DNA of 63,879 bases, the filler included, from Reticulomyxa filosa (Eukaryota > Protista > Foraminifera), in assembly GCA_000512085.1 (NCBI GenBank). It is 8 parts of 8 records of this genome, joined end to end, with 100 filler letters (N's around TTAATTAATTAA, not from the genome) between each part and the next. Parts side by side here need not be neighbours in the genome. Positions count along the whole stretch, not along the records: positions 1 to 26,372 come from ASPP01007960.1; 7 more parts are not named here. The stretch is one strand, 5' to 3'. Position 1 is the first letter of the stretch. Every line of letters starts with the position of its first letter. The notes beneath the pieces are model-generated. The model saw only the letters and a list, made by a program, of their open reading frames with translations. It was not told the DNA's origin and made no database searches. This document shows, piece by piece, positions 12,853 through 24,850 of this stretch. The position numbers were made by a program, and so were the translations under genes.

Positions 12853-15450
12853 TCAATGTTTTTCGATGTCATGGTTATTGGGATTTACATCTGTTTTGGA
12901 TACTTTACATAAGCGTTTGAAGCATCCATGGAAACTGTCTTCAATATCATCTTCATATTCAACAACTTGCCCTTTCAAGTTTTCAAGCCAAGGTCTTTGA
13001 GCGGCTAGTTGTGTTGACAACACAGTGAAGAGTGCTTTACGAACTCTTTTTGCAGCGGAAGCCAATCTGGTCAAGTACAATAACAAAGCAGTCCAACAAG
13101 TAATACTCACGAGAAAGGCAACCCATACAGACCATACATATTGGCTTGATACATCGACAGGAAGGCCTGTTAATATGTTTATATGTGCATGCACACGTAG
13201 ATATTATTGTTTGCAAATGATGAAGGCGAATAAATACTGTTTCTTTTTATTAGATTTCCAAGACCTACCAAGGACAAACTTTCCACCATAAATGTTAAGT
13301 ATAGTTTTTTGTGTGGCGTTGACAACGGCCAATCCTCCAGCTACTTGAAGCGAAGCAAGGATAAGTTCAGCTAAACAATGAATATAATCAGTCCAAAAGG
13401 AATTAGCAACTTTGTTTGCATTTTCTTTTTCTTGTTGGTTTTCATCTAGAACGTGATGTGGATCCCACCTATAAATTCGAGTCCGTTGGATTGTTTATTT
13501 TTGGTTCCCTTCCTCAATAAGTAAACAATAAATTGAACATAGATTTTTGAATCACATAACCAATTTTCAAACAATTCATAAGCTGCCCACACTCCACCTT
13601 TAATTTTTTTATTCCAAAGAAACAGCCACTTTCTCCACCAGTATTCAGAAAGGACATTGAGAGTCACAAGTACAAGAGCAACAATCCAGAGCACGATAGT
13701 GGAGCCAATTCCATGACCGACGCAGAGTAACACGGTTGAGACGAGGCTATCTCTCCAAGCCAATCCAACAATATACTGCCATTGTCCATTCCAAATATCA
13801 CCTAAGAGTGCCCGGGCACGACTATCCATTTGCAAGGCGATATGTTTGTCCTTTGGCACCATGAAATCATAGCGTTTGGAAAAAGTGTTCAAATAACTTC
13901 CCAGCATTGTGATAAACGCAGTGTAAGCCCACAGTGACGCGACCTGATCGGTGGCCACATTTTGGCCATATATACCCTTGATTACTGATAGGAACACTGT
14001 ACTCCAAGCCTCACCGATTATATACATGCTTGCCGTTTTGACTAAATCGACCACATTTCGCCTTTTCATTTGTTTGTTGGTGTCGCAGTGGTAATAATAG
14101 ATTGAAATAATGTATGTTCTGACACAATGTTTTTAAACTTGGCAGCAAAGCGAAGAATTTGTCGTCTTAGCGATTGCCAATGCTGTTGCTTCAGTCCATC
14201 ATATAAAATCTCTTCTTCCTTTTCAATCCAATCTCCCATTTTCAGTGCCACGTACGCGCCCAACACACTGACAAAGATTGCGTAGAGGAGAGACAATCCG
14301 ATTGTCGTTGTCTTTTTTCCTGTTACTTTGGCAAATGTCAATTCAACGGCATTATCCAATGCTAGGGCTATCGTTCATACATTTTTAATTGGATACAAAA
14401 CAAAGAGCTCAGTCCAAATTCTATTGAACGCAAGGGTGACAAGGGAATTCAAAGCAAATCAAAACTAACCAACAACATTGCCACTTGTGGAAATGAATAA
14501 TTCTGTCATTCGATCAAAAAATGAACGTGCTTCCGTCTCTACAAAATTCAACACCCTTCTGGCATTCCCCAGTTCGTCCTGATCTATGCGTCGTTGAGAA
14601 GCCTGTTTTTTCAATTGATTTTGTTTTTCTTGTTCGGTTTTGTCACCTTTTAGCGCTTTTCTATTTATTTATTATTAGTTATTTGTACCCACACAGTGGG
14701 ATACATTGTAATATGTTGGAGCACGTTCGAGGGGGGAAGGGGAGAAGGGGGAAAAAGAAAAAAAAGACCTTAGGGGCATTTTCAAATTAAGTTCTTTTGC
14801 TATTTTAGCAGGATTACTGTACAGTCGTTCAGCAGAATGAACAGTGAAGGCAACTATAAAAATGACTATAAAATAAACCCACGCTGCAATGACCTGATCA
14901 ATTCCTTTTCCAGTAAAATTAAAATCGTCGATGTTACGGCTGTTGTCATTATCCCAGCGCTCCCCCATGAGGCATTACCTTTTGTTTTTCAAGGAAAGTG
15001 TTTGTATACGTCAAGAGAAAGGGAAAACGATTGGTCCGTGGATTCACGAAATGCACAAGGTACAGAAAAAAAATCTTTTTTTTTTTTTTGCGTCAATCAC
15101 AAATTGCATATTTGCGTGATCATGATTGTGCTGTTCTAACACAAACCTTGGATATCGTCGGCAAACCGTGTAAGCAATGCTTCCCAAAGCATTGCTTCCT
15201 CAGCTTCATTTGATCCAATATTACCCGACTTATCTTTGTTGTCTATGCTCGATATTGAGGACGTTTCTATTCCTACTTCTCGTGTCTCGCTCGGTGACGC
15301 TGCTGTGTTCTCTTTTGCTTCGCTGTTTGTTGTTGCTTGTTGTTGACTTGGAGTTACAACTGGTTCTAGTGTCAACGGTTGTGGCGTTGGTACTTCAATT
15401 GATGTTGGGTTGGGATCCAACCCCGCTGCATTTTGAGGAGGGCTTGTCAT
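12853..15450 (-). CDS. Multi-exon polytopic membrane protein built from 4-5 tandem two-helix repeats
   Basis: Hydrophobic ORFs 15136-15450, 14675-14968, 14066-14359, 13446-14069 and 12853-13194 plus intervening exons splice in frame; one junction near 14960-15010 is unresolved. Recurrent VVALALDNA / IIGEAWSTV / IVGLAWRDS / AGGLAVVNA motif. Confidence 0.65.
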
Positions 15451-15812
15451 TTTACAGAGATTATTATGCTATCAATAGCAACGCTATCGATCAACAAATT
15501 CATACAATTCAGTACCTTCCTCAAAACAACGCTCAATTTTTGTCCTTTCTCTTTGTTTGTTATATTTTAACGTTTGGATTATCATTTTTATCAATGCAAA
15601 GCTTTTCGATCTTTCACGTTTTAAGTGCGATAAAATATCTCTCAAAAACGGTTTGAAAAAAAGGATGAACTCCATTTATTGTTGTTTTAGCAAAGGGTGG
15701 CAAAGCGCTACTGTTCTAATTTAAAAGCTGCAAAATTAAGAGGTATGATTAGGCACTACAGGGGGAAAAAATGGAGCACAATCTAATTTGATGCGATAAA
15801 GAACATATTTTA

Positions 15813-18800
15813 TCAAATCAACTTTTGAATGGTGAGTTTTAGCGTCGGGTAGCCTATAGAACATCAGAATATGTTTTGTGTTGTTTTATTTTTGAAAGAG
15901 AAAGAGCATAAATTTGAAGAAACTTTGGTGATCAGTGCAAACGACAAATACGGACGGTGCAGTAAGATTGTCAACCATGGTCTCATACTCTTGCTTAATA
16001 CCGGTGGCGTGGGGCTTGTCAGGGGGTCTAACATAGTCCGACTTGCCAAGAGCACTTTCTCCACAGATAACTCGACAGTACAGTAACTCGGCACGACGGG
16101 TGATAGGATCGAATTGCACGTACCCATTACGGATAACATAGCTGCAGTCTTTGGCAAAGTAAACCCCGCTTCCGTATGCGTGGTTTGTACTGAACTCTCT
16201 TAGAAAGCCCTGGAGATTATTGTTGCACATTATACGATATTGTTTGCAAACAGATTAAAGTTACAATAAGAAAAGGACAGTGATTATATGTCATACTTTG
16301 TGGACAATCTTTTCCACGGTGTCACAGGTCGCGCCTTATTGGAAAGATATGTAATGTTATCCACACACACAAACAAATGAACAAAGTGACAAAACAAAAA
16401 TAGAAAGAGATGAATATATACCGTGCCACAACATTTGAACATTGTCAGTATTACGGGGGAATCTTTTAGTTGTCAGCCAATTGTCTTCAATTTATTTTAT
16501 TATTATTTGAATTATTATTTATGACACAATAACAACTGCATTATTTTATTTGCATAAAAGAAAAAAAAAAGTAACGATAAAGTGTGTGGTGATGTTTCCA
16601 TATTTCATCATTTTGAACGAAGCAAATCTCAATAATTTTATAATCATGTCTCAGGGTATTGTTAAACTCAATGAAAGCTTTGCGAGCTTCGGCATGTCTT
16701 TGAGCGCTGGCTTTCAAAAAAATAACATCGTTTTTGTTGCCAGGTTCCCACCAATCAGGATACAAGTTCTGATCTTGTGCTTTGGAATTCAAACACAAAC
16801 CAACACAAACATTTGTAAATAGATACGTATGATCGTATTACAAACACAGAAATGTGGCCCTCACTTGAAAGGCATGAGAGATGTACAAAATTGTTTTTTG
16901 TTTCTGTTTGTCTCGGCAAAACTTTTGACGGATTGAACTCGTTGAACACGTCTTTTTTTGTTGGTACGTATATTCAATTGGACTGCCTCAGTCGGTGATT
17001 TTTTTGTCACTTGATAGGTAAATTTGGAGAAGGTGAATACAATCTGTATTAGTTTTATTTTATTCGTTCAAAATACAAACAAACATTATTTTCAATCTAT
17101 TTGATGCAAACAAACATTTTCTCCAATGTTGGCTGCTTCTAATTTTTGCGACAGTTCCTTGTCATAAGTTATGTAATCACCGACGTCATCCTGCCATTTC
17201 TGTCCAATTTCCCCCCCCAAAAAAAACAGAATGTATTGAAAAGTGAAAGCAAATCACAAGGAAGAACTTGATGAAAATATACATGTATATATATATATAT
17301 ACCCAGTGCACTTCATAAAGTTGATTTTGGAATAATTGGACACGTTTCTTGTACTGTTCTAATTCTTTAATTTTCGATTGTTCTTCCAAATCCCGTTTGG
17401 TTTCTTCTTCGTGTTTTTTCTCTGTGTTTGGTGTGTGCACAGACCAAGTTGGCTTGCTGAATTGATGTTCTGCCAAGCAACAGTCACAATTTACAAATAA
17501 AAGAACATAACTGAGACACTCAAACATTTTTTTCGGGGAGTTGTAATCGATGGAGACATTCGGCGCAAATTTACGCAAAGCCTTTTCTAATTCACTTCGA
17601 AACTAGGACAATGAAAAAGCAACACATAATTTGCGCAGCATTGATAGCGAAAAAGAACTAAACTTCGTCAAGAGAAAATTCAAAGGTAAAATGTTCTTTT
17701 GAGATATCGTAGGTGTGTATAATAAAATCGATTTTGGGATCCAAAGGAAAGTGCTGCGATATCCACGCGTGAATATCGTCGTTTGTACGGAGATTGTTTG
17801 GGAGATGAGTAACGGTAAGGAATGCGGCATTATTCACATGAGTATCTTGACAATTGGACGCGGTACATCCCAACGCAGAGTTGAATTTGGTGCAAATGGC
17901 TTTGGGTGGGAGTTGGAACTGCATGCGCTCTTCCTTTAGACTTTGCAGACGAGCCAAGACAATTGCACTGCTCACTTTTTCTTTGAACTGCGTGTCGTTA
18001 CTCGAAACAATGGCCTCCAATTCCTTCTCATTCTTCTCCAATAGCACTTTTGTAATCTGCTCCACCGAATTGGGATACAAGCTATTTACTCTTTCATATA
18101 ACTTCGAAATTAAATCACCCTTTGATGGGGGACTCGACTGTTCATTCTGTTTGTTATCTTTTTCGTCCAGATTCGACGGCCCTTTTTGTGTTTCCTCTCC
18201 TTCCCGTTCACACAATACATTGCACAATAGTACGTATACAGTCTTTTTTTTTTATATCTGTTTATTTGTTTGCGGTTTGGATTTCTTGTTCCTTACCTTT
18301 GGGAGTCATCTGTTCAGGACTAGGAGCAGCACGTGATGGATTGCTTGCACTCATTTTTCCTTTTTTTTTTTTGGATGCATGTAAATAGGTTTTATTTCGC
18401 ATAGAATAAAAGTGGATCTTTAGATAGAGAGCTTTTCTCGTGTTATTTAACTTAAACACTCGCATTCGGCTTGTAGCGTTGTATGCAGCGAGTACTCCAC
18501 GCCGACCTCGTTTTTCCATAGTTCGTTTTGGAAATATGCTTTTATTTGATCTCTTGTCTATCAACAAACGATAAAAAAAAAAAAGGTCCTCCAATCTCCT
18601 CTTATTCCCTTTTGCTTAACTTGTGAATTCGAAAATTCGATGGTAAAACACGTCGGAAATCGCGGAATGGCATGGATCACATAGAATTCTTTGCCAAGTT
18701 GTTGATCAATCCAACATTCAATGTGACGATGACTTTCGATGTAACGGGGGACATTGTACACCGTCAAGCATATCGCCGGTTTTATATGTCTGCGAGTGCA

Positions 18801-19605
18801 TTGTTTCTTGCATCCGCTTATAGAGTTAAAATATTTGCAAAATGTAGATTGTCGAGTATACTCTCCACGTCTATATTCTTCTTCTTCTTCTTCTTCTTCT
18901 TCTTCTTCTCTTTCTCCTCTTCGTCCTCTTGATTCTTTTTTCTTGTCCTTGTTCACTAATTGTTTGCAGCGTATATCACAATATGTATGTATTTGTCTTA
19001 TTCTTCAACACGTATACCACACATGCACAACACACTCCACTCCTTCCCTCTTTTCCATTTTTTAACAAACTGCTTGGTCTGACGTATGCTTCGTATGGTG
19101 TTTCGTGACCAAATCCGAACTTATTCCATCCACCGATTGGCGCGTGTGAATAAGGACAACCGAGACCCAAAGTACATACGCTCGATCTTTCCAACTGTGG
19201 ACATTTTTTCTTTTTTTGTGCTTCATCTGCTATGTGCGCAAATTTACATGCACTGCCTTTTCGACAGCCCCTTACGTTATAATCGCGACACTTGCGTACG
19301 GATCCAGGTCCAGATCCGAATCCGCCGCCTCTTTGCTTTGATGCTTTGCCTCTTTGATTCCTCCCAGCTCTTTTTCTCTTTTTTTGAAATTTCTGATCAC
19401 TAAACACTTCTCGTTCTTTTGTTTCCTCACCTTCTTTACTTATCTGTGGTTGATCAATTGCATCCATTGTGTCATTGTCTTCTGGTTCTGGAGAAGGAGT
19501 CGGGGTTGGTGTATGAAAGTTTGTTTGCACTTTACGTGCCATTCGTTCGCTTGTTTTTTTAACATGATCCGAATGTGCTTTTTCTAAATCGAATATGTAC
19601 GACAT
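15813..19605 (-). CDS. ZAP/PARP12-like ADP-ribosyltransferase: CCCH zinc fingers, two RRM-like modules, MLLE (PABC) domain, WWE, PARP catalytic domain
   Basis: Phase-consistent splicing across about 12 introns. CCCH motifs CRDYNVRGCRKGSACKFAH, CPQLERSSVCTLGLGCPYSH, CKYFNSISGCKKQCTRRH, CTKFNSALGCTASNCQDTH. WWE: KWQDDVGDYITYDKELSQKLE...QLNIRTNKKRRVQR. PARP: MLWHG...YGSGVYFA...CRVICG...VDNLTAPSVFVV...QSYP. Confidence 0.85.
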
Positions 19606-19951
19606 TAATTTTTTATATGCCCTAAGCGTTAACTTTGTAGAACTGACAAAAGGACTAACCCACGTCTAAAACTTTGCATGTTATTATTTTTACATCAATA
19701 GTCTTTGTGTTTTGCTTGTTAACATACAATTGTACGTTTTAGTCTCGCAAATAAACTTTTATTTATTCCAAATAAATAAAATTTTTTTGCACAAGAAAAA
19801 AATACCCAAGAAAATTGGTTATACTGACAAAAACGTTAAAAATCTCAAAATATTGACGAGTACAATTTGTTTGTCGTTTTTCTTTAGCGAAACCCTACGT
19901 GACAACCCCTTTTCGTCTTGTCCATCACGTTATTACTGAACTGAAAGGGGG

Positions 19952-20430
19952 ATGGAACAAACAAAGCAACCCCTAAAAGAGGATAAAGAGACCACATTCT
20001 CGTCAAATTCAAATACAAGCTCGGGAAAACCCTCGAAAAAAACAGACAGTCCCGTTTTAAGGATGTGGTTCGAAGCCCAACAAGAACTACAGCAAGGCAA
20101 AGTTCCTGCCGTAGTACTAAAAAATAAGACCTCTCTGAAAAATGTTGGCCGTCCCCAGAAGACTCCAGTGACTACTAAAACTTTGCAAAAAGTGATTGAT
20201 CAAAGTTCGTCCAAAGGAAAACAAGCCGTCGATGACGACGGTGATGATGTTAGTGATGAGGAGGACGATGAAATAAATGATGAAGTAAATGATGACTCAC
20301 CTAATGAAGTGCATCGTGAAAATGGCTATTATTCGGATGAAAAGCAGGAAGAAAATGACATTGAACATGTAATCACAGCCGAAGTTGTTGAAAATGTAAC
20401 CATTGGGATTGTTGGCAAAGGTTGTTGCGT
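19952..20430 (+). CDS. Hypothetical acidic, low-complexity protein (first exon; probable short second exon near 20655)
   Basis: ATG-initiated ORF with D/E-rich tract; likely GT donor after GIVGK. Confidence 0.45.
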
Positions 20431-21541
20431 TATCACTTGAAGGGGGGGGTGCATGTGTATTGTATGTGTATGGCACGTTTCTTTATTTGTCGTTGATCTT
20501 TTTGGTTTTTAAAAGTGTAGTCTCAAATTGCCTTTTAATTGATTTTAGTTTTGCAGTTTTATCTTTATTTTTATTTTTAGTTGTGTTTTCTAATTTTATT
20601 ATAGAATATATGTGTTTCTTTTAGATAGTTTTGTTTTGTTTTTGGTTGGATGGAGATTTGAGAGCCAATACATTGTGTTTACCACAAGATCGGATGACTA
20701 GATCTTCGATCAAGCAAACTGTTAATTTTTTTGTTTAATTCTTTTTGACTTTTTTCATCATTTGACTAAAAGGAAACATTTTCATATATACTTTTCTCAT
20801 CGTCACAAGTCACAAAAGTATTCTCATGGGCTGTGAAATGCACAATGATAATTAAAAAAGTTATTATTAATTTTGTTCGTGCATCAGTTTTGATATTTGT
20901 AGTTGAAGCATTTTGTTTCAAGTATCTATTTGTGCTTTTTCCTGCACTTTGGAGTTCTTTTCTATTTTTATTTCCTTTTCGTTCTCTTGTTCTCGTTATT
21001 TAATCATTTTAGTTTTAATGCAATCTCTTCAAAAGAGCAGCCATATTACTCCCCACGATCTGCTATTCCATCCTCTTTATTCTTTTCTTACCACCGTACG
21101 GGACGTTGCTGTGTAATGTTTACTTGAAAAATGGATAACTATCATTGAATCTATTTTTGTATAGAACAAATTAGAATAACAATAATATAGCCATGTGTGT
21201 CTGATGTTGACAATTTTAAAATTAATTATTATGATTGTAACAAGCATACTTGCTCATAGTCATTTAGTTGATAAACTTGAATGCGATTGAAGATTGGTTG
21301 ATATTACTTTAAAAATGAAAAAAAGCTAAAACATAAAACATAAAAAATAAAAAATTAAAACAATCATCCATTGATGTAGTAGCATTATTTAGACTGTTTG
21401 AGGATTGATGAGATGCAATGATAATTTGACAAATTGGCGTGCATTACAGAAAGAACAAAAAGATAGATATTTGAATGTAAATATACTTTAGCAACATAAA
21501 TCAAAATAATGAATGGTTTGTGCTTGCTAAAAAAAAAGAAA

Positions 21542-23170
21542 TTAAGTTTTCAAACACGATTGATAAGGAGGAACTTTTTTAAAAAAAGCAGCGAGATCAG
21601 TGGGATCAATGTACCATACAGAAGGATCTCTTGCGTGTTGAACAAAGCGAACGGGAACAACCCAGTTGTTTAACTCATGTTGAATGCGTTGAGACTGTCG
21701 AGATTGATTTGCGTTGGCGCTCTTGTCTATTCTCGAGTGAGTTCCTTTTCCACAAATGATGGAGATGATGCCATTATGGAAATACTTGGACAAAGCATGC
21801 CTTTGAAAAGTGACCAAGTAGCGTAAAATGAAAGTGGTGGAAATGTGAGACATCAAATGGAAATCCAACACAGCACCTGAGATGAAAGGATGAGCCACCC
21901 ATATTGGAAGAGAGTGCCGACACTGCGGAGTGGACCACAAGAACTCGAATTTGGGAACAGCCTTGAGCCAATCATCTTTATGTAGTAGGATGAAGGCTTG
22001 AAGGAGCAGGTCCATTTCCTTTAGAGGGACAGTACGAAAGTTGGGTAATTCAATAGGGAATAGTGGAGAAAGTTCGTTCAAGAATATGTGCAAAAAGGAT
22101 TGGAAATGTTGTTGTCTCTCCTTCTCATTCTCTGCGAGTTCCATCATTCGAATATATCCAATGCATTGAAATACAATAATCTTTTGATCATTGATATTTA
22201 TTCTGCCGTATTTGGCCAACTTGCACACCCGTTTGTAATAAAAGTCAAACATCTCCTGCACTTTGTTGGCTTGCAACAGTGAAGCCATTACAATAGTCGT
22301 CCACACTTCGAGCGAGTTGTATACGTCTGTAGATGTTTGCAATTGCTTTTCCATTGTGTTCCAGATATTCATCATTTTATCCAATTCTCCTGCTTTGCCG
22401 TACACATTCAACATTGCTCCCAACAATTCCGGCGAGTCGGCTCGTATGAGCCGTTGGTCTCGATTTTGTATAAGCTTTTCTGCTGTTTCCACTTGACATG
22501 CATTTGCACACACTGTCAACAATAACGAATAGCACACGCCGTCCGGAGCAATGCCAAACTTGTCTTGCATCATGTTAAAGTACTTTAGTGCTTTTTCCAC
22601 GTTTCCTCTTTCTTTGTGTGCCTTGATCATCGCTGTAAACAATATCACATTCGGCTTCTCTCGCATTGTCTCGCACTCGTTTTCAAACCACTTTTCAAAA
22701 TATTGATCTGCCAAGCTGTGTCTATCACACATCGCCCAAAAGTTCAATACGCTTGCACAAAATATTACATTCAGCTGTACTTTATACTCCTCCGCAAGTT
22801 CCACCACTTCGAGTACGTCTCTCCAACTATTATGCCTCTCGAACAGTAATTTCACTGCCGCCGAATATAGTATTACATTCCAATTAGACGGATCTTTCAG
22901 AAAGTTAAATATACTGTCTTTTTCCATATATCGCATGTCGTCGACTTTTTCTTTCATATGTTGTGGGATTTCTGCTTTCGTTAATGCTCCATTTACACCA
23001 CGCATTCTTTTTCGAGAGGCTGCGTCATCCTTTATTTGCTTCACAAAGATATCTTTTTGGTTTTGCACAAACTTCAGAGGGACATGATATAATCGTCTTA
23101 TCACATTTTTACATAATTTGCTTTCGAGATTTCTTTGCAAAAAAATTTTCTTGACAACGTGGTGCTGCAT
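21542..23170 (-). CDS. Pentatricopeptide-repeat protein with C-terminal Smr domain (PPR-Smr), probably mitochondrial
   Basis: Intronless 542-aa ORF. PPR repeats (PNVILFTAMIKAH...KALKYFNMM; PDGVCYSLLLTVCA; LLGAMLNVYGKAGELDKMMNIWNTM). Smr motifs VLDFHLMS and IICGKGTHS. Basic N-terminus (VIRRLYH). Confidence 0.85.
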   Translation of the reverse strand: MQHHVVKKIFLQRNLESKLCKNVIRRLYHVPLKFVQNQKDIFVKQIKDDAASRKRMRGVNGALTKAEIPQHMKEKVDDMRYMEKDSIFNFLKDPSNWNVILYSAAVKLLFERHNSWRDVLEVVELAEEYKVQLNVIFCASVLNFWAMCDRHSLADQYFEKWFENECETMREKPNVILFTAMIKAHKERGNVEKALKYFNMMQDKFGIAPDGVCYSLLLTVCANACQVETAEKLIQNRDQRLIRADSPELLGAMLNVYGKAGELDKMMNIWNTMEKQLQTSTDVYNSLEVWTTIVMASLLQANKVQEMFDFYYKRVCKLAKYGRININDQKIIVFQCIGYIRMMELAENEKERQQHFQSFLHIFLNELSPLFPIELPNFRTVPLKEMDLLLQAFILLHKDDWLKAVPKFEFLWSTPQCRHSLPIWVAHPFISGAVLDFHLMSHISTTFILRYLVTFQRHALSKYFHNGIISIICGKGTHSRIDKSANANQSRQSQRIQHELNNWVVPVRFVQHARDPSVWYIDPTDLAAFFKKVPPYQSCLKT

Positions 23171-23703
23171 TACAAGTACGCAATTTTGTTAAGGTCGTCC
23201 CTTTTTTTGTGTATGTTCGGAACGTCAAAGACCGTTTGAGCCCAAAAATACTGTCACATGCACTATCCCATATCTTATTGATGATATCAATTATAGCTCA
23301 ATTTCAAAAACAAAATCCTACACCGAGACAAGACAATATTCGTTGAGATCTTAAACGCAAAGAAAATGACAGAAACTTCTGTCAACTTGCTATCACTGAA
23401 ATTGTGCCAGTTTTTGTAAAAATAGAAAGTAAATTTAGTTTAAAAACACATGAAAGTTCATGACCGTTGTGTTTTGCTGATGTCAGTCGAAAAAAAGTCT
23501 CCACTTAAAAAAAACTCAACTCACTCGCACTTTATCGTAACTTTCGTGCTTTTCTTCAACGTTTGCAACTTTTTATATTCTTCGAAAAATATATAAAACT
23601 TTTAATAAAGGTTAGTTCTTTTGTTATGTTGACAAGTTTTCTGTTCATTTGTTTCGGACTTTAAACAAACTGAATAAAAAATAAAAATGAAAGACAAACG
23701 AAA

Positions 23704-24473
23704 ATGTCAAAACGAAAATCGTCAGAGAAATTGTCATGGGGAGAAATAAAGATGGAAAATTTAAATTTGAAAGATCTAAGAACATTGTTGTCGAATAGAG
23801 AAACAGGCAAAGTCCCAGGAGTGCGTAAAGAAATGGAAGATATGTTGAAAACCAAACCATTAGAAATTGATTATAAAGAGGACATGACAATCAAACAGCT
23901 TCAAGTGGAGCTGAAACTTTTGGGATTGGATGCTACTCCAGCCAAAAAAGATGTGTTATTGCAAAGGCTCGCAGGCGATATTGACGCCCCTCCAAAGAAA
24001 AAAACTAAAAGTACACCCAGGGCAAGAAAACACAAAGCACACGGCGCTAAAATATTTGTCACCATTTCAGACGAAGGTATCCCGATCACATACATTCGCC
24101 ACCAAAAAAATTTTTCGAAATTTGTCCGAGCTTTTTTTTCAAAAAAAAATTGGAAGCGGGGTTTTGAAACATACTTTTGATTGGCGGAGTTAATTCATTG
24201 GAAGATGTGATTTTGTTTTATTTAGCCAAAGATGAAGAAGGACCAAAAGTGATCGGAGTTTATGCATTCGAACAAGCGGCTTATAATGCCGCGATTGGGA
24301 AACTCTTGGAAGTGCTTAAAAAAAAAGATGAAAAGCGATACGAAGAGGTTCGCAAGGATGCGGAAGGACCAGCTTCGGCTGATCTGTTTAAGAAAGTATT
24401 GGCAAAATGTGCTTCTTCTTACAACTCAGGAGAAGCTCCTGACGTCAGAGTTATTGAAAAGAAAGTGCAATAA
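23704..24473 (+). CDS. SAP-domain protein, 2 exons (intron about 24076-24224)
   Basis: SAP-like MTIKQLQVELKLLGLDATPAKKDVLLQRL preceded by a similar LNLKDLRTLL helix; phase-1 intron joins the two ORFs. Confidence 0.7.
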
Positions 24474-24850
24474 TGTGACGTTAAAATGTTGAATAAAAAG
24501 GTCTTGTGGATGGACAACAAACTCTTGAATTTTTACTGAAAAAAGGTAAAAACATTTATTGAATATTTCAATTGTTGGGAAAATTTTAGAAAGTTTTTCT
24601 CTAAATTATGTCCATTGGACGTATTCGTTCAATTTTTCAAAAAATAATCAACTAAAGCCAAACATGGTTCGAATAAATATTTATTCTGGGACTGTAAAAA
24701 GTTAGATGAATCATCGTAGAATTTTTCCATTATAAAAAAGTACAGCTCTTTACGGAAGCTATATGAACTTATGAAATCCCTTTTTGCAAAAAAGCTTTGT
24801 TTGCTTTTTTTGTTGTTTTGTGTTTCTAAGATCAAACTGAAAGTGTGGAC

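Noticed and set aside
14066-14069. ATGA stop/start overlap resembling bacterial translational coupling
   Set aside because: Explained by an intron ending TGAAAAG.
14375-14377. In-frame TGA (NV*TIALALD) suggesting UGA reassignment
   Set aside because: It lies in an intron; splicing GTT G|GTTAG...GATAG|CC gives VVALALDNA. The PARP and acyltransferase genes end normally at TGA.
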